In this document: piece after piece, positions 45,016-64,000 of the stretch
How the letters are laid out: each line of letters starts with the position of its first letter
How positions within the stretch are numbered: position 1 is the first letter of the stretch
Assembly (NCBI RefSeq): GCF_009914755.1
Contig: NC_060943.1
DNA length: 64,000 nucleotides
Reading direction: 5' to 3' (one strand)
DNA from: the human T2T-CHM13v2.0 reference genome, Homo sapiens
Program-made: the position numbers and the translations under genes
The notes under the pieces: generated by a model
Told to the model about the DNA's origin: nothing
Seen by the model: only the letters and a program-made list of their open reading frames with translations
Database searches by the model: none

Positions 45016-45424
45016 CCCTCCCCAACTGGAGGCCTGGGGCTCCTCCTGGAAGTAGGTGGATTCCACCTGCCCACAGGATCCTAAGAAAACTCTGCTCCTC
45101 CTCTTCCCTCCCACCCACCTTCAGCAAATGCCTCAGGGCTAGGCCAAGGGCAGCAGCTGGACCCCCCCGCCCAGCCAGTGCCCCCCAGTGGGCTGTCCCT
45201 GACCTGCAGGACCTCCAGGCCACTTCTCACCTGGAAGAGACCTCATTTTCCACAAAAGCTTAATCCAAAAAGGGCTAAAAATAGAGATTCTGCACCCATC
45301 TGAGCTCTTTGCCTGAGAAGGGCCCTGAAGCCTCAGTACCTGCAGGGCTCAGAAGTCCTGCCACTGAGAGGCTCAACCACCCTGGCCAACCTCACCCAAG
45401 GCCCTTCCTAACCCTCACTGCTTA

Positions 45425-47945
<2,521 letters not shown>

Positions 47946-49004
47946 ACTAGGAAGCCAGTTCTCTATTTCAGAAAAAAAACAATAAAACCCTAACAGCAGA
48001 GCTATAGGAGAAGCTATTTTAAATTTTGGAGGCTTTGCTTTCTGGGATCATTTTTTGGGTCAACGAGGAGAGCAGCTGACACCTCGTGCACAGCCAGGGA
48101 GAACAAGCCTGTCTCACCTCTAGGACAACACCTTCACCTGAATTGGGAAGTTGAGGCTCAGGGAGGGTGCCAGCAGCCTGGAGCCCCAAATTGTCAGTGG
48201 GAGCAGCGCCACCAATGTACCTGATCCCCAATATGCAGTTCTCAGCATCCTTCAAGAGAGACGCCTCTTTGTGAAAACATTTTCACCAACATATAAAAAG
48301 GACACGGGGCGCAACAACAGCATCTCATGAAGAGCTGAGGCCCCCGATGGGCCTGGGGGAAGGACAGGGGTGTTAACAGTAGGGTATATACTTGCGGTCT
48401 CCCCATCTGAAGAACGGTGAGAAGGACTGACCACAGCCCTCCATCACCAGCAGCTCAATTTGTCCAAAGAGGAGCAAGCCAAGCGGGGCTGAGCTGCCTT
48501 CCCTGGCCTCAAAATCGCAGCCTCATACTCCAGGCTCCACTCACAGACACATGGGCATGCCAGGCCGTGGCCTGTGCTGGGTCACCTGCCTCACCTCACC
48601 TCATCGCTCTATGTAGCCTCACTACGGGACAGTGGACTGGCCTGTACACACACAAGGCCTGCAGCATCCGGACATCCCCAGAACCAAGCATAGTGCCAAG
48701 AACACAAAAATGCCCGAAGAATACTGACCTGTCAGGCTCCACGATGCACAGAAGGTGCAGCATTAAAACATAAAGTGTTCAGGGAAGAAGAGACGCAAAA
48801 CCATATGATTGTGCCACTATGACAACACGGTACACCCAGGCGAGACAGAGGAGGGTGCAAAGGTGTCAACAGAAATTACCTGGGGCAATGAGAACAGACT
48901 TGCTAATTTTAGGTACATTGCAGGCTTTCTACCCTGAGTTATACTGCTTATATAGTAAAAAGGAAAAAAAAAACTTCACAGGATGCTTTTAAAACAGGAG
49001 TTCA

Positions 49005-49949
<945 letters not shown>

Positions 49950-52495
49950 TCACAGGCCATTTGGATGCATTGTTCTACATTTCCCTTTGGACTCTGTGGC
50001 TGACTACACAGGTGAGATTGAAGACAACCCTGTCCATGAGATTCAGAGACCAAGGAGAAAGTGTAACAACTGAATTCATCAAGGCAGAAAGCACAACGGG
50101 GAGCAAGACCCTAAAACAAAGGACACAGAAGAGGCCAAACCCAAAATGTGCAGTATCAATCACAAGTCTGTGCCCTGCCAGGTGCCTTAAACAAGGCTGA
50201 TGCCCCCTGAGAAGCAGACCTCTGAAAACTAGGGTCTCTTCCCTGGGCAGCTGCTTCGAGCCCAGGGCTACGTGGAGCAGAGAGGCAATCCTGTTTGTCA
50301 GGCTGGCGGGTTCCTCCCTCAAGGTCTCCCAGTCGGGATGTCACAATCCGGGTGTGATGTCAAAACTGCTTCAAAGGTGATGAACTACGGCCTTGGCCGT
50401 GAGTCAACAGAGGGGTGGGTTTCCGAGTGAGCGCTGCCTGCTGTTTACACACAATCACAGCCACGGCAACCAGCTGAAAGCACAGTCAAGGGTCACGATG
50501 CCGAGTGCAGAGCTCAGTCCCTCACACACACTCTTGCCTGCCTCCTGCAGAGACTGCCAGCTCGGGCCCACAGACTCAAGCTGGCTTGTCCTCTTCTAGC
50601 ACCTTCTGGGAGAATCCACCCAGAACCACCAAATGCTCACCTTGAAACACACAGGCAAACCATACCCTGGTGCACCAGTGGGCCACTCCTGATGCCTCCT
50701 GGCAGCCCACCTGTTCCACCCCAGCCCATCCAGCGGCCACAGTCCTTCAGAGGTGGCAGAGCCCAGGCCATGACACTTGGATTCTGAGTTCTCAGCTACT
50801 TCCCAGCTGGGAGATCCTGCCTGGTGATTCAGCCTCCTCCAGAGTCTCCACCCATATCCTCACCTAAGAAATGGGAACTGCTCCCACCACGGGGAAGATG
50901 GGATGAAATGCAGTACTGTGGGTGGCACAGCCAGCACTGGCGGGGTGGGGCACCCTCCACAGGTGTAGGTGCCCATCACCTTTCCACTTTCTTGGGGGAG
51001 GGGGTCCAGCATAGCCAGCAACCGGAGGAATCTGCTCAGTCACTCACGTCACCAAGGTTCGGGCCTCTTGGGGACGCGGAAAGTTGCATTTAAGTGAGGC
51101 TCAGGACCCCAGTGTGACTCCCCTTCAGGTCAAGACCCCTGCAACCTCAAAAGATAGTTTGGCTTGAGCACTCAAGAGGCAGTATGGGCCAGTGAGGACA
51201 GCCGAGCACCCTTGGACAGGTGATGCCGCCTCTCAGAGCCTCATCTGTCCCTGTCGTGAAGGGGGACCATAAACTTCCTCTCCCGGCAAGTGGTCAAGAT
51301 GATGTGCACCCATGGGAAGGGATGGGGGTCTAGCCCAGGGCCAACAGGGGCAGCACTAGCACTAGGTCTCTAAAGAAGGCCTTCTCTGAAAAGCAGGCAG
51401 GGCTGGCAAGAAGCTGCCCTGCTCAGAACCAAGGGGGGTGCCCACCGGGAAGGGAAGATAAGTCGGGCCTCTGGGGCCCTGCTGTGAGAATGGATCACAG
51501 GCTGAAGTAAGGCTCCTCCTGCCACCGGTGCCAAGGGTGACATCCACACAGCCCACCCACTTAGCAGCAGACAGTAGCCCCCAGCACAGCTCCAGGGCCA
51601 CCCAGAAGAGCTGAGTACTGGCCACAGGCCTGAGGCACAGCACCCCTCTACCTCCACTCCCTTCACACCCTTCCCTGCGACAGCACACCGGCCATGCCTG
51701 GGACCCTTCCCCCAGCAGACTGCAGCTCCGTGTCACCTGCTGGAAGCACTCACTGACTGCCCCACCTATACCCCTCACCATCATTAACGTTGACCGCCGG
51801 TGAGTTACTCTTGCTAATTTCTGTGCCATCCTTCCTGTTCATGAATTCTGTCTCCTGCCACTAGAATGTCAGCTCGTGACATGAGGGGCCCATCTCAATC
51901 ACTGGTGGGTATCCCGCCCTGAGCCATGGGCACTGACCAGAGGCTCAATCATACCAGGTTAGATGAGTGATCTGGAGTCTCCCACCGGCTCTGTACGAAC
52001 CTCCAGGCAGGGACCAGCCCCCCAGGAGCCAGCTCTGGGTCCATTCACTAAGGGCTCAGAGCACAAGAGGGGTCAGGTTATTCTCCTCCCAAGAGGAAGA
52101 GAATCTGGAACTCAGAAAGGGTCAGGCACCAGGATCCTCACAGCCCTGAGAGAAGGATCTGGAACTTGAGGGAGCAGGTCAAGTACTGCTGACCCCAGTT
52201 CTGAGAAGGATTCGGAGATGGGAGGGGTCAGGCACTCACCCATGGCCTCAGGAGGCAGGTGGAGCTGAGATTCAAATGGAGAGAGGCTCTAATCCCCAGG
52301 CCTCCTGAAGCACTTCCTGGGCCCTCATTTTTTTCTGAACAACGGTGTGCTCCTCTCCACCAAGGAGCTTGTGATCCAAAAGAGGTCACTCAGCAACAGA
52401 GCCCATGCAAACACCTAATGATGAACTACAACCCAAGTGCCCCTGGGAGGGTCACTTCCTCAGACTGACCAGAGGCTACTTTTCCAAGCAGGTGA

Positions 52496-55200
<2,705 letters not shown>

Positions 55201-57275
55201 TGGCCAAGCCACTTAAATTACCAGACAGCTTTTTGAGAAAAATCCAAGTTTGAATCACCCCAAAATATAATCCAGCCAGCCAAGTTGCTCTGGATGGCTT
55301 GGAAAAGTTCTTCTAGGAAGCCCCTCCTGGCTGGTCAACACACTGCCCTACACAGCTGGGCTCCGAGCCAGAGGAGTTTAACAGTCCACAGTTACCTTCA
55401 CCCTAACATGAGGAAGATCCAGCTTAGAGAGGGGATGTAACCAATACCCTAAAGTAAAAATAGCAGTGTGACAGCATGAGGTGGACACACAGGCGGACCT
55501 TCTGGACTGAAAAGCAAGCGAGGGCAGCATCAGAGAGAAGGCGGAGCTCCTGGTTCCTAAAGCACAGAAGACAGTGGTGACCAGGTACCAAGTCCATCGT
55601 AGTTATATGACTCACGAGCTCTCCCCCAGCTGTTTCTAGGAAAGCCTGCCTTCCTGCAGGACAAGTCAGAATCGCTCAGGGAAAAAGACCCAGGGCCAGA
55701 ATTCTACCAGGAAGAGAGGCTCTGGCTGGTCATGGGCCAGCAGCTGCTGTCGCTGCCACTGTCTCCTCCTCACCTGCAGGGGCGCCTTAGCCTCATCTTG
55801 GGGAGTCTTTTTGACAAGGTGCGAACTTGCTCTTTCAAAAAAAAATGAAATCCTCATTCCATGAAGGGGAAAACTGCGACACCGGGACAGGGAGGAAATT
55901 GCCCAAAGACATGGGAAGAAGCACGGAAGGGGTGGGCACCGGGAGAGTGGTGGAAACGAAACAGGGGGAAGAAATTCTCGGCTTAGCTAATGGAGCTGAA
56001 CAAGTTCGGGGCAGGAAGAAAGCCACATTCCTTCCTAGTTAGTCTCCCTCCTCCCCCGCCCGCGGCACCCCCCCACCCCCACCATCAACAGTATACACAA
56101 ACACACACACACGCAGGGAGCAGGGCTCTCTGAGCCCGAGACTAGACCCACCCCCACTCCCTTTAGGGCAATGAAGCCCCCAATTTCCAGAAAAGGAGTT
56201 ACAAGGTTCCTAAACCACTTCCCCTCGGGACCTGACCACTGGTCATCTGCAACTTCTGACCCAGCACAGACGGGGGGAGGGGGGGCCATGACACAAACAG
56301 AAATGAAAAAGGCAGGTTTCTGACCACGGCCCCAGATGCGCCCCAAAGTCAGGCCCAAGAGAACATACACAGCAGCCTCCCCTCCCCACCACCAGCCAGG
56401 TGGCAGAACCGAAACGCCTCAAACTTCCCCCAGATGGGCCCAAATCGGCCTCTGAGAAGTTCCAGAGTCAGCGGCCAGATGTGGTAGCCAGAGCTTCCTC
56501 CTGGGTGGCAGGGATCCCCTACATGTGCCCTGAGGATAACATCACAGCCGCCCCCAACACTTCCACTCTCCAAGGAACCTCTCTCCGGAGAGAGAGGGTC
56601 ACCTGGGGGTAAGGGGAGCAGAAAGCTGGGACAAGCTGTCAGTTTCTGCCCAAACTCCCCGTCCCAAGAACCAAAGTGGCCCAACCTGAGTGGCTTCATC
56701 GGAACGCGTCAAAGCCAGCCCCCAGCTGCAAAGCCTTCCACCCAGACAGAACAGACCCCCACAAGTGCCTCGCTGACCACCCCCTGCCGGGCACCCAGAC
56801 GATCGCTGCTTCCCAGGAGGACAGACACAGTCACCCCCACCAACGGCGCTGCCCCGGCCCCAGATGGAAAAGCCCCCAGCTTCCCCCTATCACGGTGCCG
56901 GGACCGTGCGGCCCACCGCCTCCTCGCCCCGCCGCCAGGTGCGCAAACTGGACCCTGCCCAGGTGCCCAGCAGGCCAGAAAGGCCCCGGACGCCGCCAGG
57001 TGCCGACACCGACGCCCCCCGGGCCCGGCGCGCGAGTCTGGGCCCCTCAGCAGCCCCGGGCCACCCGCCTGTATTGCCTCCTAGTGCTGAGAAGGAACGC
57101 GGTTCTCAGCGCTCCAGGCCGGACTGGCGCCCACTCCGCGCCCCGCCGGCCCAGGGACCCGCGAGCAGCACCACAGACCTAGCGTCTCCGAGCCCGGACG
57201 CCTCAGTGAGGGGAGCGCGAGGCCGGCCCGCGTCCGGACGTTCCCCACTGGCGCGCCGGGCGCCATGCCACTCAC

Positions 57276-57410
57276 CTGTCTGGCGCGGTAGCTCTCGAAG
57301 GCCCTCAGGGCACTGTCGGTGAGCTTCACGTGGAACACCGACACCTTGCTGCCGTCGCTAACCCGCCCGCACGACAGCCCGTAGCTCCTATCCTCCTTCA
57401 GCGCCGCCAT
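57276..57410 (-). CDS. ELL: ELL coding exon 1 (aa 1-45)
   Basis: Translates MAALKEDRSYGLSCGRVSDGSKVSVFHVKLTDSALRAFESYRARQ, recognised as the human ELL N-terminus. 135 nt, phase 0, donor CAG|GTGAGT, inside a CpG island. Confidence 0.98.
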
Positions 57411-57421
57411 CTTGCGACCAT
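57398..57421 (-). other. Out-of-frame overlapping uORF (MVARWRR*)
   Basis: ATG GTC GCA AGA TGG CGG CGC TGA. Starts 11 nt upstream of the main ATG, context GAGATGG. Confidence 0.55.
57403..57414 (-). promoter_or_regulatory. TISU / YY1 element at the ELL start codon
   Basis: Minus strand reads CAAGATGGCGGC, an exact match to the TISU consensus SAASATGGCGGC and to the YY1 motif. Confidence 0.75.
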
Positions 57422-58189
57422 CTCTCCCCCGCGCCCCCTTCCCGGCTCCAGCGCCGCCACGCCGGCCACGCCCCGCCCCGCCGCCCGCTGACGCGCTGCA
57501 TTATTCATGAGACGCGGCTGGCCACGCCCCCCGAGTCCGACCAAACCAACAGTCGCCGCCACACCGGCAGGCAGCGCACTACATTATTCAGGAGACGCGC
57601 CTGGCCACGCCCCATGAGGGCCCCACAAGGCCCACAGTCAACGCCCCAAGTTGTTGCATATTCATAAGGCACTTATGGCCCCGCCTCTTCAGGCCCTAGG
57701 GGTGGCCACTTCCGTGAACGAACTCCGCCTCAACACGCGCACCCCTCCAGGCCCCGCCTCCATAGTATTATACATAACCCTGACTCAGCCAGCCAGGCGC
57801 GTCAAAGCCCCGCCCCTACAGCCGCTGACGTGATGCATTATTTATGAGATCTCTACAGTCTTCCGTCTTTGGCTTCTGTGGAAAGCCGCAGAGAGGGCGT
57901 GGAGGGGCGGAGCCGGCTCGAAACACGTGGGTGGGTAGGCCCCGCCGCGGGCCGGGAGGGTGGGCGTGGCTATGTAAACGGAGCGCGCGCGTTGGACGCT
58001 GGGTTGGACACATAAGGCATCCCTTAGGCGGGGTGGATGGGACTTCCACCCAGGGAAGGTGCTGGACCGGTAGGTGGAAGAGGAGCTGGTAAACTTTTTC
58101 TTATGAGATGAGTACTTTTAATAGGATAAAATCCTACATCCCCACAGTCCCTGAGCGATGGTGCAGTCCAGCTTCATTTTCCTATTTTA

Positions 58190-64000
<5,811 letters not shown>

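Larger units (their letters stand above)
56780..58000. promoter_or_regulatory. ELL: CpG island / ELL promoter (TATA-less, multiple GC boxes)
   Basis: Very high CpG density around exon 1. SP/KLF boxes near 57471, 57521, 57604, 57678, 57751 and 57807; AP-1 TGACTCA at 57781; CRE-like TGACGTGA at 57826; E-box CACGTG near 57924. Confidence 0.9.

Noticed and set aside
57081-57275. C-terminal part of the 109-aa ORF containing ELL exon 1
   Set aside because: Read-through into intron 1 past the consensus donor at 57275.
56676-57322. Pro/Arg-rich plus-strand ORFs antisense to exon 1
   Set aside because: Expected stop-codon scarcity in a CpG island; no homology evident.

Overview
Human (primate) genomic DNA containing the 5' half of ELL (RNA polymerase II elongation factor ELL, 19p13.1) on the minus strand. 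It holds a CpG-island promoter (~56.8-58.0 kb), coding exon 1 (57276-57410), a 49-kb intron 1, exon 2 (8200-8247), exon 3 (1162-1283) and exon 4 (777-940). The gene continues beyond base 1. All four exons have GT-AG boundaries and splice into one frame encoding ELL residues 1-156. The rest is Alu-dense intronic/upstream DNA with old L1, MLT LTR, hAT-Charlie and MIR remnants and several microsatellites. Apart from the entries overlapping ELL exons, the ORF track looks spurious. I found no new protein-coding system. The most interesting signals are regulatory: (i) a 120-nt stop-containing cassette exon in intron 1 with an internal in-frame 63-nt alternative donor; (ii) a five-module array of POU/MORE-like plus GC-box elements in the promoter; (iii) a perfect TISU/YY1 element at the start codon overlapped by a 7-codon out-of-frame uORF; (iv) a non-Alu ~73-bp inverted duplication; (v) a T23 acceptor tract before the in-frame exon 2; and (vi) long UG tracts next to cryptic splice sites. 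Repeat boundaries and subfamily calls were made by eye and are approximate.
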